Assembly (NCBI GenBank): GCA_028534125.1
Contig: CM052817.1
Coordinates: 49,416,001 to 49,480,000, forward strand
Direction of reading: 5' to 3'
DNA length: 64,000 bases
DNA from: Lama glama
Taxonomy: Eukaryota
Shown piece after piece: positions 25,601 through 39,109 of this stretch (position 1 is the stretch's first letter; the number at the start of each line of letters is the position of its first letter). The translations under genes were made by a program, and so were the position numbers. The notes below the pieces were generated by a model that worked only from the letters and a program-made list of their open reading frames with translations, did not search any database and was not told the DNA's origin.

Positions 25601-27517
25601 TTTAATCTAATTCATTATATGTAAGGCCAAAATAAGTTACTGTAAGGTGCACAATGCCTCAGAAGGCTGACACACAAAGATTCTATTTGAAAACAGGGTG
25701 GGAGGAAGTGTTTGAGCAAGCAAAGCAATGAATCCAAGAGGTAACTAGGAGATGCAGAAGGTGTGGAAGAAGCAACGCTTTGCATTATGCTTGGATCAGA
25801 AGCTGCTGGAGCCATTAATACAGATGGCTTCAGGGGGAGGCTAGACTGGACCGCTCTGTTACCCCAGAGATTTCATAGAGTACACACAGGTGGGACACAT
25901 GTCATTTGTATATGGGTATTTGTTGGAGGAACAAAGGCCATAAAAACCTTCCATGAATTTATTTACAAATTGTACATGTGAATATGCACTATTTCCTATA
26001 ATCAGAGGTAATGTTTAAAATATATGACATCTAATACAGCATGGGCACTGACCAATCAGAGCAGACATCAGTCAAAGGGCTGGAGCAGATTCTGGGAGGC
26101 TCCTGCTGTGCCCTTCACCTGGAGATTGCAAGTACATCTGAGGCAAACTGGGTCAGGCTGGGGCCTTGGAGAGGCACGGGGGAAGGGCTCAGGATAGCTT
26201 CCATTTACCAACAGATACCAGATTGTTCAGAATTTTAACACCTGGTATGGTCATGTATACTGGCAGAGTAGCAACATGTCTTCATGTTTGATTATGTCAC
26301 ACAATTTTCTAAAATACACTTATTTTTTTAAAACTAACCTTTGGTAGATGTTATACTCCTAAGAGATGAAGACAGTGTCTGTAGTAAAATGATTTGGCAT
26401 ATTGGAGAGCCTTATCTTATTTACAATGCAAATCAGAAAAAATAAATAGGGGATATTAAGTTATAATAAAGAAGAGAGAATAATCATATAATCTTAATCG
26501 AGACATTTTCCTGACAAGTCAGCTTGCATGGGTTTTCATTAAGCTTACTTGATTATAAATATCATGTCCCATTTTCTTTCCTATTTTTAAAGGAATTTTA
26601 AAACATGAAACCTGTTAAAGTTGAAAACAAAACCAAAACCAAAACCAAAAAACTCTTAAGGATGGTTTCCTTTCATTGCAGACCTAAACCAAACTGCAGG
26701 CTGTTGCCAAGCCCAGTAGACCTCAGCAGAGCCACAACTTCCAGCAGACCAGTCTGCACACTCATGAGTGAGAAATAAACATTTGTTCTTATGTCATTGA
26801 GTTGTTCAGTTGTTTGTTACATAGCAAAAGACATTCCTTTGTCACTTACTCATTTATTCCTCATTCACTATATATTGAACATCTGTGTGCTAGATATTGC
26901 TATAAAAACCCAATGCTGGTTTTTCCTCTAAAAAATTGATTAGGCAAGTTTCTGACCAAACTAATCAGGAAAAAGAAAAGAAGACGCAGTAAATAACAGG
27001 ACCTGTGAAGTTTGCATTCTGCTGTTGAGACAGAAAAAACACAAACAGGGAAACCCAAATGGCTAAAAAACAAATGAAGAGTAATTTACCTTTACAAGTA
27101 ATCAGAGAAATGCAAATTGAAACATCAATTAGAAAGTCTGATAATTTCAAGTAGAGGTGCGGATGTTGGGAAATAGGAAATCTCCTATAAGGCTTAAGAG
27201 AAGGTAAACTGGTGCAACCATTCCAGAGGGCAACCTGCAAGTACTTGGTACATTAACTCTTCTTATACTCTCTATAGGATGTAGCAGTTACATCCTAGTC
27301 TCTTGCACTTGTCCCTGAGAATATTTTTTACAGCACTGGTTATGGTAATAAGAATGGGGGAAGCCGAAATTTCCATCAGGAGAGGAATGAGAAGTAAAGT
27401 GAGAGATAGACACATAATAAAGTTATATGCAGTAATCAGAATGTTCTAGATTAATATATAGCTAGATGGATCTTAAAATATCATGGCAAGGGAAAAAAAA
27501 GAAACAATATGAGATTT

Positions 27518-27633
27518 TTAAAATTTTTTTCTATTATTATTATTTTTTAATGGAAGTACTGGGGATTGAACCCAGGACTTCGTGCATGCTAAGCATGTCC
27601 TCTACCACTGAGCTATGCCCATCCCCAACCCAA
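27518..27633 (-). mobile_element. Vic-1-type SINE
   Basis: Antisense SINE core. TSD AATATGAGATTT at 27506-27517 and 27634-27645. Confidence 0.92.
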
Positions 27634-30600
27634 AATATGAGATTTATAAAAGAATATCTTTCAAGGAGATTAAATGCAGACACCTAGAAAACAACACTAT
27701 ACTTATTTTTAAGGATACATGGGTATCTAAATAAATATAGAGATGACAGACTGGAAAAGCCTGTATTTTAATATATAATAAATTAATATTTTATTAATAT
27801 TACATTTAGTATATAATAATATTTGTACACGAGTTGAAGAGAGATAAAGATGGTGGATGAATGGAAAAAATACTGAATGAGAGTAGAAAAAAAGGCATTC
27901 AAAAGGCTGATAAATTACAGTGAAATATAGCGTGTGATTAACTCAATTTTGTGCACTTGATTGTTTAATAATGCATAGTAGAACAGGGAGTGTGGGTTCT
28001 GAAGTAATTTGAGAGCATATGAAAGTCAGTGCTATCTGGGGATGAGCATGTTGAATTCTCAGGCTTCTGATGATCCCCTGCTCTTATATCCTTTCTGGGA
28101 TAAGAGGAAGATAATAAATATCATAGCAGTTATATTTTAATTGTTTCAGTTTGGCAAATGATAATAACAAGATAAGCTGTAAAGCTTTACCTGACACATA
28201 TATTTATACTAGTAAACATAAATGTAGAGAGTATATTTTAAAAGAAAATAATGCACTATGTTCATCAAAACCTTCACTTTTCTATGTGATACATATGGTG
28301 ATTTTTTTAATAGTAGAATTTCTTTTGTCATTATCTTGTTAATTGGTATAATGTGAGGCTTAAATTGCATTCACAGATTTTAATGTGTTATCATTAGAAA
28401 GTACTTCAATTGAAGCTATCATTTTACCTTTCTTTCAGTATCATTCATGACCTTGAATGAGGATTATCTTTGGAACTCAGAGCCTCTCAAAATTATTTGT
28501 CTTTGCACTTACCCTCTGCTGTATACTCTTATTTTCTCCCTTCCTTTGAACAATCACAAAAGAGAAAGTAGGCAATGGAGTATACAGAACAGTCTTAATA
28601 GTCTTAACTGTGAATATTAAGAGGATATTATATTTCCAAGTAGAACATTTAATTCTATTCAATGTGTTTTAACATCACTGTTGGCTCCTTAATTGATGAT
28701 GTAGTGAATACCTGTCATGTGGAAAAATGCCAACTTAACATCTTAGGTAATCTGAACAATGTCTTTCTTTGGCTGCTGATTAAAGTGCTTCAAAAAGTTT
28801 AAAAAGAAGAGTGTTTTTTAGGGTGAGGGAGGATAGACATTACCACGTGAGAAAGAAAAAGCTTATTACATCACTCAGAGTTGATGATTACAATTCAGCT
28901 GTCATCTGTTTTTCTCTTGTTCATCCTCTAATTAGAGAAGGGATAGGTTCAGAAAGATTACCTAAGGAAACCGATTATTAACTAAACTGGTTTATATTCA
29001 CTCTGTAAATTGATAGTGATGCCACTTTCCTCTTTTATTTTCATCATGATTATGCTTATTATTTTCTGATTATTTCATGTGAATTTTTATACATACTGCA
29101 TTTCAAAGTGATTTTGCAGTTGCAGAAATGACTGTTCTGAAATTTGAAGACAGATGAACAAGCTAACCCTTTCGGATCTAGTGGTGTTGGAACTAGAAGG
29201 TCCTGCTTCTTTTTCTTAGTATTTGCCTGCTGGTTGTGATTGTTGTTACCTGTTTCTCATGATTTGTTCCCCAAGGAAGTAAGATTTGTGAGTCAGTGTG
29301 GTTCCTCCACTTCTGATTTTGATCCATCCCTCTGGGACAGGCTAAGTCACAAACTCCCTGGTTCATTGCCACGATAAGCAGCGTGACTTAAGTACGACCT
29401 ACAATACTTTCTTTCAGAAGATCAATCATTCAACTCACTGAATGTTAATTACTAACTTAACCCTGGAGAGGGGCTTTTCCTTTGTGTAGGAAGAAATACT
29501 CTTCAGAGATCCACAGTTCTTTTATACCATAATGTAGGAAAAGTAATATATTCTTTCATGAAACATCTGAAATTCCAAAGTCTCTCTTTATGATAGAAAA
29601 CAAATAACATTAGTTTTTATTTTGTTTACTATTTATTTTCCTACCATTGTTTGACATGCCTCTACATGAATACAGGTGGTCCTTCTGGTAGACCAGGAAC
29701 TGTAGTTTCAGTAGTTAATGAGAAATCACAGAAACTCATCCATATATATTGTATTTTTGTAATTTTGGAATTGCTATCTGCTAATCCTCATCAAAATCTA
29801 TTAGTTAAAAATGATATTGTGCATGTGAGGTCAGATATCTAGGCTCCTAGACAGAGTCAGATGATGTTGAAAATAGAAGGACACTTGGGCATAGATCTGA
29901 ATAAAACTAATATATCTTAAGAATCTATTAATATAATCTTGATATTAAAATTATTGCAGTAATATTAGTATCTTCAATTTCTGAGGTCTTTCCAATTCAT
30001 AAAGTACTTTCTTGTACAGCTTTTTAGAGGCAGAAACTATTTCATTGACTTCTATCCCTTGAACCCAGAAATTGCCAGGCATAGCTCAGTAAGTGTCTTA
30101 AGTAAATATTTGTCTTTTGTTGTTCTTTTTGCTGAGAGCACAAACTCCCTTCCTATATTTGGGGAATTCTTAACCATAGGTAACCCTGACAGAAGCCTCA
30201 AAGGCCATACACTAGGTATCCCATCTTCCTTTTCAGCAAGGGCACAGGAACTTGACCTGGGCTCAACCAGTCAGCTGCACACACTCGACTTTGTGCTGGG
30301 AGCTAGTGGAGAATCTCTTCTAATTGTGGTAGCAGTGTGTGACCAATGCCTGCTGCAGAGCTCCAGTGGAAGTAGAACGAGGGTGGCATATGATGTCCAT
30401 GCCAGAGGTGAGCGGCTGCACAAGTGGGTGGGCTGCCCTGTGGGGAAGAGCAAGGCTGGGACCTACCTGCCTCTGTGCCCCTGACTATGCCCTGCCTGCA
30501 GATGGCGCTAGAGCTGCAGGCCATGCAAGAGGAGCTGCAAAGGTGCAGGAGGACCCTGAGGAGGCCTTAAGAGGGGCCCTCTTCAACCTGGAAGGGGCCC

Positions 30601-30972
30601 ATGAACAAATGAGCCTCTACCACCATCCACCTGCCCAGAGCAGGTACCTGATCCCAGTACACTCTGGCCTTTCTGGGCCTCTGATAACCCCATGCCTTAT
30701 ATGGGCGGTAATTATCTGCAACCAGACCCTGGGTCCCTCTGACCTCCTTGGTTTCGGGATTAGGAGCCCCCACTCCCTCCCAGGTCCAGGAGCTCCCAGC
30801 TTGCTGAGGAGCCAGTCCCCTCTGACCTGCTCTCTGCCTCTCTCGGCCGTAGAGCCCTGGAACTGTCCCTGGAGCTCCGCTGAGTCTCTCTGAAGCAGGC
30901 CTCCCTTGCTCAGGAGCTGCTTGGCAGAATCCAACAGCATCCAGAATTCGCCAGTAGTAGGAACAGTCCCCT

Positions 30973-31647
30973 TGTAACTGAGCAGTACCCTAGGGGGCCT
31001 TCCCAAGGACAGACCCCCTCCTCCCCTCCATGTCTTCCGCCTACCACTTGTTTATAGAAAAACTTCAGCTTCCTAGCCTTCCCCAAGTTCCAAACAATAA
31101 ATTTAATCAGAGAAATGAGAAAATGCAGAAACAAAGGAAAATAGTCAAGCGAGGCAAGATAATACTAGTTTAGCCATTAAACAAAATCAAGGACCTTTAC
31201 TTCCTCCTCAAGGGATGTAGATAACATTCTGAGCCAAATCCTTTGAGCTGTTTTGCAGATACTGAAACCCTCACCAGATGGAAGAAGTTAACTGTGTGCT
31301 GCCCACAGGCACATAGACCCCAGACCAGTTGGAACCAGAAAAACTAGCTGACCAGAGATTTATGGCTCAGGTCATGTTGCAACTGCAAGCAATACATGAT
31401 GGCTACTTGGAATGGCGTGATGGAGACAATCGTCTCTGAAAATAGAAGATTAACCCCCACCCTAGCACATAGCCCTTTTCTCTTTTCCCTATATAATCTC
31501 TCAGTAAAACCCAGGGAGTGGGGAATTGGTTTTTTGTGATGTAAGTCCACCTTATCCCCAGGATCTCCAGCTTCCTCAATAAAGTTATCTTTCTTTTTAC
31601 ACAAAACATGTCTCTCGGTACTGGATTCTTGAGTGAATTCAGTAACA
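30973..31647 (+). mobile_element. ERV1-like solo LTR inserted in an older LTR16-like element
   Basis: TGTAAC...GTAACA termini, TATA-like TATAAT and AATAAA. U3 shares blocks with 37349-37977 (TTCAGC.TCCTAG, TTCCTCCTCAAGG). Confidence 0.85.
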
Positions 31648-32039
31648 CCTTCGTGACTCTAGATCCATGGTTTCAATACTGGTCCTGGATGCTGCCTGCT
31701 ATCTTTTGTACTTTCCTTTTTTCAGAATGTGGTTCCCTAGCTTTGCTGGCAATTCTCTTAGCTATATAAAATTCTTGTAATAAATTACTTTTCTATCTAA
31801 ATTAGAGTTGACTTCTGTTGTACTTGCCTTAATAATTCTGACCAATAAAATATAGAATTGAATTTCATGTCTCTATAACCTTATAATGATAGATTTTTAG
31901 GAATACTGTTTATGTATCAGAAAACAAAGATTAAGAGATACCACTTTACTTAACTAAGATCAAACATTTATTAAGAACTGAGAGCCAGGATTTACATATA
32001 ACCACTCTGATTCTAAGTCTGGGGCTCTTTCTCCCTTGC

Positions 32040-33915
32040 AGAGCCTGGCGGAGATTGGCTACAGGCTGAACATTACTTTTTCATTTCACAAAGCACACAG
32101 GAAACGTATATTTGACAGTCTCTTTTGTCATTCATTTGGGACCATATGACTGGTTTATAACAATGGGTGAAGGCAATGTTCGCCACCTTCAGAGCTAGCT
32201 ACTAAAATGCCTCCTCAATTTTGTTCATACTTTCTGTCTGAGTGGCTGGAAGCGAAATGTAAGACTGATTTACTATGGAAGGAATCCAAATCTCTGAGTC
32301 ATCACTCAGAGTAGAGTCACCTGGGAGAGCTGCCTGGGCCACATCATGAACTGGAGACAAATTTTTGTTGTATTAATCCCTCTGATTTGAGGGTTTATAG
32401 TTAAAGCAGCTAGTGATTTTTACTCCTATTAATTGAAATTGGTAACAGAGGTGAGGTACTGCCATAATGAAAATCTAAAATATGTGGCACTGCATCAGCT
32501 GTTGGCTACAGATTGTGAAGAAATAGTTGCTAGATAACTATGTTATATGGTGGCAAATTTTTTGGTGAATTTGTTACCTGCTTTTCCTTGCAAGGCAGAC
32601 ATGTGTTGATGGGACTTTCGCTCTATAGGAAGAATTTCGAAAACCAAATGTTAGCAGTGTTTTTTGGGACTAGTGGCTCATTTGACAGTGTATAGTTAAA
32701 AAAAAGAGATGAGCCCAGGAGAAAATTGGCCAATTGATAGAAAGAAAAAAAAAAAAAGAGCCTGGATTTTGAGTTGATGCAATTAGTGATGAAAGGTTTT
32801 GGGTTAGTGATGGGAGTGAGTATCTTTCACGTGTGGGAGGATAGATAAAGGGACAATGAGTGGCTAGAAAGGAGGACAATGGCAGAGACTGACTAGATGC
32901 TCACTAATCTTGTTTCCTCCTCTTGGGACTATGGGAATGCTTCATAGTTCAGTGTCTCTTGTAGTAAGATCAAATAGATCACAGCCATTTGACTTGAGAA
33001 ATATGAAACAAAATGGAGTCACTTATGTCAAGGAGTTTTAAAATGGAGCTTGGGGGCCATTAAGGAGGTGGACCTACCCATGTCCTCACTGGCTAGAGCC
33101 ACGAACTTTTGACCTGGCCAAACCACAAATATTCCAAGGACTCTGCAAGAATACCTGCAATAATAGACAATAATAGACGTTTCCTTCTCTCTAGGGACAG
33201 CCTAAGCACTCAGTCATGTTCAGCCAAGACTAGCTTCTGCCTTACTAACTAATATATATAAAATAGATAAACAAGTTTATACTGTATACACAGGGAATTA
33301 TATTCAATATCTTATAGCAACTTGTGGTAAAAAGAATATGAAAACAAATATATGCATGTTCCTGTATGACTGAAGCATTATGCTGTACACCAGAAATTGA
33401 TACAACATTGAAACCTGATTATATGTCAACTAAAAAAAAAGTATATATATATATATATATATACAATGTATATATATATATATATATACATACCCCCCAA
33501 ATTCTTTGTAATGCAAATCTCTCTTCTTTGCCTTTAAAAGCTCCTGACTTTTACTCCCTAGGGACACTCTTTGGGTTACTTCCTGAGTCTGAGTAACTGA
33601 GTGCCTGGAACTGCCATCCTTTGATCCCAAATAAATACTTTTTACTTGATTACTGTTTCCTGTATTTGTTTAGGTTGATAGATTGATAAATAGAATGTGG
33701 ACAGAAGCTATTTTTGCCACTTCTGGATCTGGCTCCTTAAACGTCCTTCACAATTTTTTGTGCACTCTCTCCATTGTCCCATGACTGTAAGCAAAGGATT
33801 TTTAGAAAGTGGAGCTTCCCTGAGTCAACACTTAGAAGGGAGCTGCTGAACAGAGCTGCTGGACCAACTTTGAATTGTGACTTTGTCAAGTCACTAAAAT
33901 TTTGAGATGGCAAAT
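32040..33915 (+). mobile_element. Degenerate MaLR (MLT1) provirus remnant: LTR, short internal region, LTR; second LTR interrupted
   Basis: MLT1-like LTR ending ~32430, then the MaLR-int start AATTGGTAACAGAG...CTAAAATATGTGGC. A second LTR from ~32875 resumes at ~33690 (AGAATGTGGACAGAAG...CACTTCTGG). Confidence 0.6.
32960..33680 (+). mobile_element. Solo LTR containing a short L1 3' tail (~33255-33490, ending in a (TA)n tract)
   Basis: TGTAGT start, CAAAATGGAGTCACTTATG motif, AATAAA, end TTTAGGTTGATA. The internal piece resembles the 3'UTR of the L1 at 60240-60420. Confidence 0.75.
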
Positions 33916-34143
33916 ACAGATGGCAGATATCTTTCATATTCAAAGATACAATATAGAAAAACTTATGTAAGCACATTAAACAAATCTGTATATAGGGTTA
34001 ATAAATAATCCTTGTACAGTCTGAATTTTATTGTTGCAATGTTGGAAAGAAAAGGGGCCATTTTAAAGGGGACTCTTGGATTCCTTGGAATATAGCAAAG
34101 TATGTTCTAAGCATAGATAGGATCACTAGTGAAGAAATAGATA

Positions 34144-34605
34144 TGTAGACAAAGAATGTTGCCAGCCATTCTGGTAAAGAAAGAATGCTGCCCTCCATCG
34201 AGCCTCAGCCACTCAGCCACCAGCAATGTGCACCCTGAGGGGAATTCAGGATGCAGAAGAACAGGGTAGTAGCCCTAGATGGTTAAGATGCATACCAAAG
34301 GAATCATTTCAAGGCGCCTGACCCTTATCTTCCCATACACAGAAAAGCACTAACATCATTAACTTGAGGAAGTTTCTTTTATTTATTTATTTTTTTGTGA
34401 TCAGCAGTCATCATTTGATGTTTGACTACATTTTTTTTTTTCCAGCAAAAACTCCTTTTTCTCCTGGGTCCTCCCTTAACCTCTTTCGAGCAGTCTCCTC
34501 AGAGCTATCTGAGAGGCTACCTTCCCAGGCTATAGTCCTCAGTAAAGTCTCCAAATAAAACATAATTCTCAACTTTTAGGTTGTGTGTTTTTCTTTCAGT
34601 TGGCA
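34144..34605 (+). mobile_element. ERV1-like solo LTR
   Basis: TG...CA termini. Shares GTGCACCCTGAGGGGA, GCCCTAGAT and CAAATAAAACATAA.TC.CAACTTTTAGG with 36791-37268. Confidence 0.85.
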
Positions 34606-35349
34606 AACAGAAAAATGGAAATAAATAATTAGCTCTTCAAAACAGAATAAAAACCAGCAACAAGAAAGGGGAAGGTAGGAAGTAGTCTTAGTAGTGATTC
34701 CCCTGCCTGGGAATGGAATGAGAGGAGGAGCTGGGGAATCATGTAAGTGACCTGAGAGAATTTTGTGAAGGGAAAGGGCCTTTTAGTGAATCCTATGGAT
34801 GGGAATTATGTGTTACCTGAAGTTTTCTTACCTGAAGGAACGTCTTCTGTGCCAAGGAGGATAAAAGGCTCAGAATTGCTCATCTAAGACATGAGTGGTT
34901 AAGAACTTCAAGGAAAAAGTTTAGTTAGTGCATAAGATGATGGATACCTGGTTTTAAGAGAAGTGAATTATTGGAGAGTTTAAGGAGAAAGAAGGATCAA
35001 GTTTTTGAAAGGGAGTCACATTTAACTTTTTAATCTTTAGCAGTTTCTGTCTAGAAATAAATTCCATTTATATTTACTATTTTGCAGCACTTGCTATCCT
35101 CTCTTTAAAATTTACCCTATTCATAAGGAGATAAATCCATTCCTTTATCTATGTTTATTTACATTCCTAGTGTGCAGAGCATTCAAAATACACTGCATAC
35201 CATGCATGTGAAAAGAATAAAGATTCTAGTCTTTAAAGAGTTTGCAATTTATTTCAACAAAATCTGTTTGGCTCTTACACTGTACTCAGCCATAAAGATA
35301 GAAAGATGACTAAGTCACAACACCTATCCTCAAGGAGTGAACAGTCAGT

Positions 35350-36188
35350 TCTTAAGGGGGACTATTATTCTTTGCCCAAATCCACTGTGTGGGTTTTTCC
35401 CCTACACTACCAAGTAATTTTCTGTCACCAACTGGATGTCCTAGAATTCAATTCAATTCTGACACTATCTACCCAGAGATAACATTAAATTCCACAGGTT
35501 AAAAGCTTAGTCCCATGGGACGGTCCTCCACTTGAGAAGCCAATCGCAAGTCCCAGCTGTCACCTGTGGTTCTGACCAACTGACTATAAAGCAGAGGTTC
35601 CCATGATCACCTCCTTGGGTTCAACTGATTTGCTAGAACAGCTCACAGAACTCAGCAAATGAGTTTACTCACTAGATTGCCAGTTTATTAAAAATGATAT
35701 TTTTTAAAATATAAATCAACAGCTAGAAGAAGAGATACATAGGGCAAGGTCCTGAGCCAAGTAGCTTCTGTCTCCGCGCAGTTTGGGACCTGGCACAATG
35801 GCATGTGGAAGTGTTTTGTTCAGCAACTAAACAGAAAGCTCTCTGAACTCCTTCCTTTTGGGTTTTTATGAAGGCTTTATTACATAGGTGTGAATAGTTA
35901 AATCACTGGCCTTGGATGATGGAACTCAGCCTCTAGCCCCTCTCACCTCCCTGGAGTCAGAGGTGGGACTAAAAGATCCAGCCCTCTAACCACGTGGTTT
36001 GCTCCCCAGCCAACCAGACCTCACCCTTAGGTGATCTAGGGGCTTTCCAGAAGTCACCATTAACATAACAAAAGACATATTTTTTGGTTCTAGGAATTTA
36101 GGAAATTCCTAGGGTTTTAAAGGCTCTGTACCAGGAATGGGGATGAAGACCAAATATATATATTTTTATAATAAATCACAGTATCACA
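35350..36188 (-). mobile_element. MER21-like LTR
   Basis: AATTCAATTCTGACACTATCTAC, CTCCTTGGGTTCAA, GCTCACAGAACTCAG; ends AATCACAGTATCACA. Confidence 0.75.
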
Positions 36189-36464
36189 ATGACCTAGACA
36201 TGTAAAGAGACAGTTATAACCCAGTGAAATAGTTAGCATAGTGTCTAAGAGCATAGGTTTTTAATCCAAATTGCCTGGGTTCCAAACCAGCTATTTACTG
36301 GGTGCATGACCTTTGAAGAATTAACATTATTTACTCAATGGGGATAATAATAGAACCTTCCAAAGTAACTCTGTTACTTTGAAGTTTGAGTTAATGTATC
36401 TAAAGAACCAAGAACAATGTCCAGCACATAGTAAAACTATATGTATCATTATAGCAGAAGAATC

Positions 36465-36790
36465 TGTTGCTCAACCCAAGTTCATGTGCCTGACCCACAG
36501 GGAGGCCAAACAAACCAAACGTCAGAGTTTGAAGCAGAGAAAGGTTTATCGCAGAGCCATGCACAGAGAATGAGCGTCTCATGCTCAACAGACCTGAACT
36601 CTCCTATGGGGAAGATTTTTATAGGCAAAATTTGTGGGGAAGACCTGCAGGGTATATGACTTTCTTCTGACTGGTTGATGGTGAGGTAACAGTGTTCCAG
36701 GACTCTGGTACTCAGCCTAAAGTTACCATCATCCAGCTTGGTGGGGGCCTTAGTTCCTACAGAAGATCTCAAAGATATACTGTTACATAT
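36465..36790 (-). mobile_element. Partial ERV1-like LTR, antisense
   Basis: The first ~100 bp resemble the reverse complement of the 3' end of 37349-37977. Confidence 0.75.
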
Positions 36791-37268
36791 TGTGAACAAA
36801 AAATACTACAAACCCTATCAGTAAACAAAGAATGCTGAAACCATCAAGTCATCAGCGGCTGCCACCACCCCCCACTGAAGATAAGCCTGCAGCCCAGCCT
36901 CCGCAGCCACTCACAGTGGTGCACCCTGAGGGGACTCAGAATAAGAAAGGACAGGACACTGGCCCTAGATAGCTAGGTGCTTGTCAAAGGAATGAATTCA
37001 CTGAGCCCAAATGTTTGCTTCCTCCCATACATGGAAAAGCACTAAATTCTTCAACTTAGGATGCCTGGTTTTCTTTAGATAACAAGTAATCTTTATTGTT
37101 CCAACTACCTGGTCTGTGTTGTAAAGCTCCTATATATCCTAGCTCCTCCCCTACCTGTTCGGAGCAGTTCCTCAGAGTGATCTGAGAGGCTATCATCCCA
37201 GTTCCAGTCCTCCTGCCAAATAAAACATAACTCCCAACTTTTAGGCTGAGCATTTATTTCAGTGAACA
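36791..37268 (+). mobile_element. ERV1-like solo LTR (family of 34144-34605)
   Basis: TGTGAAC...GTGAACA termini, CTATATA TATA box, AATAAA. Confidence 0.85.
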
Positions 37269-37348
37269 CTAGTTTTAAAACTTGCTCAACTTAGTAGTAA
37301 TAACTAGTGGTTCCTCACCTGATGGTTTTACAGTGTTTTCTTAGAAAC

Positions 37349-37977
37349 TGAAACCAGGTAGAACCCTGTGGGACCCTCCAGGGTACAAAAGACTTTCCAG
37401 TGCCCCCCCCCCACCCTCTCTGCCTCCCGATCTCCCTTTCTTCTTGTTTGTAAGAAAAAGGCTTCAGCCTCCTAGACCTACCCAGAGTTCCAAAGGGCAG
37501 ATTCAAACAGTTGCTCATCAGGGAAATGAAGAAATAAAAGAGGAATAGTCAAGAAACAGTAGTGAAGCAATAAAGCAGGGTTCTAGTTCCTCCTCAAGGA
37601 ATATACATAACAATGTATCTTTGAGTTCTTCTACCTCAACTAAGGCCCCTGCCCAGGTGTAGGATGGTAACTACTACATGCTGAGACCCCACACTGTTTG
37701 CAGCCAGAAAGCTGATGATTCAGATTCCTGGAATATCACCCTGTTGCCTCACCACCAACCAAGCAGAAGAAAGTCACACACCCTGCAGCCCTCACTTTAA
37801 ATTTTGCCTATAAATACTTTTCCCCCAAAACCATAGGAGAGTTTATGTCTTTTGAGCATGGGCTACCCGTTTTCTTTGCATGGCCCTTGCAATAAACCTT
37901 TCTCTGATCCAAACTCTGATGTTTCCATTTATTTGTACTCAGTGTACATTAGGCACATAAAATTGTGTTCAGCAACA
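37349..37977 (+). mobile_element. ERV1-like solo LTR
   Basis: TGAAAC...GCAACA termini, CTATAAATA TATA box at ~37808, AATAAA at ~37891. Confidence 0.85.
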
Positions 37978-38100
37978 AAATGAGTCAACAGCATTAGCTC
38001 CAATGGCAGCAGAAAATATATCTAAATTGTTCGGCCAACTGATGTCCTTCAAAGCCCTATGACCCCCATTTCTGGGCTCTCAGACATTCTTTACTGGGCA

Positions 38101-38574
38101 TGTTGCCCATAACAGACTAACAGCACCAGGTAATGCCTAATCTTACAATAGCTCAGGCTGGCTACTGGTTTCAGCCCACCTTATCAGAGTCATGAATCCC
38201 ATTGCCCTTTACAGAACCCTAAATCTTTTACCTCACCTACAAGCAATTAGAGACTTGTGCACAAGCTGATCAGGCACCTTGTGATCCTACCTTATAAAAC
38301 ACCACCCACCAGCCCTGGGCGCTCACACAGGCCCCTCTCACCTGTGTGGGCCACCGTCATCTACAGGAGTGTAACTGTTGAAACTTTCCCTTGTTCTTCA
38401 CACCTGTGCTCACACAGTCACCTCCACCCCCTCACCTGTGTGGCCCTCTGTTATCTATAGCAGAGTATCCCTAATAAACTCTTTTTCTATTCCCATACTT
38501 TATCTCTGGTAAATTCTTTTACCAACTCATGCGTCACCATGTCACCCACCAGCTGATCCACTGTGTCTCACAAC
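38101..38574 (+). mobile_element. Solo LTR
   Basis: TGTTG...CAACA inverted termini, TATAAAA at ~38293, AATAAA at ~38473. Confidence 0.7.
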
Positions 38575-39109
38575 ATAAATCACATATCAACTTTCAACTG
38601 ACTCATTTAGCTAAAAGAGTACAAAAGATCAAGCAACTTCTAAGAAGCCTTTTCCAGATAAGAATGAAGGCATTTGCAAATCCACTGAAAAATGACTGCT
38701 TCTTATCTATAAACAAAATTCTTTGCTCTTTGAAAATGAGAAACTGTTAATGTTTCCATTTCATTCCCAGGGATTTTCAAAACTTCAGACTTTACTGTGA
38801 ATGGCTCTGCCCAGCATTTAGAACGCTGCAAGCAAACAGAAGAAAGCTGAAGAGAGACACCAGTTTTGGGCATTTGCCCAAGGGCTTTGCAACCAAAGCA
38901 CCACCCACTTCTTTCTGGGTGACAACACCCTCTGTTCTCCAGGCATTGTAGTCTCTCCTGTATGTATACCAGCATTTCTCTCTGACAAAGTTTCATCGTC
39001 AGGAAATTTCTAGATGGGGATCTCTGAGTTAAAAATACCAATTTATATGCATCCACCCAGCCTTACATTATAATTACTCTCTTGAAGCTTTTAAAAAATT
39101 ACTAGAGAA

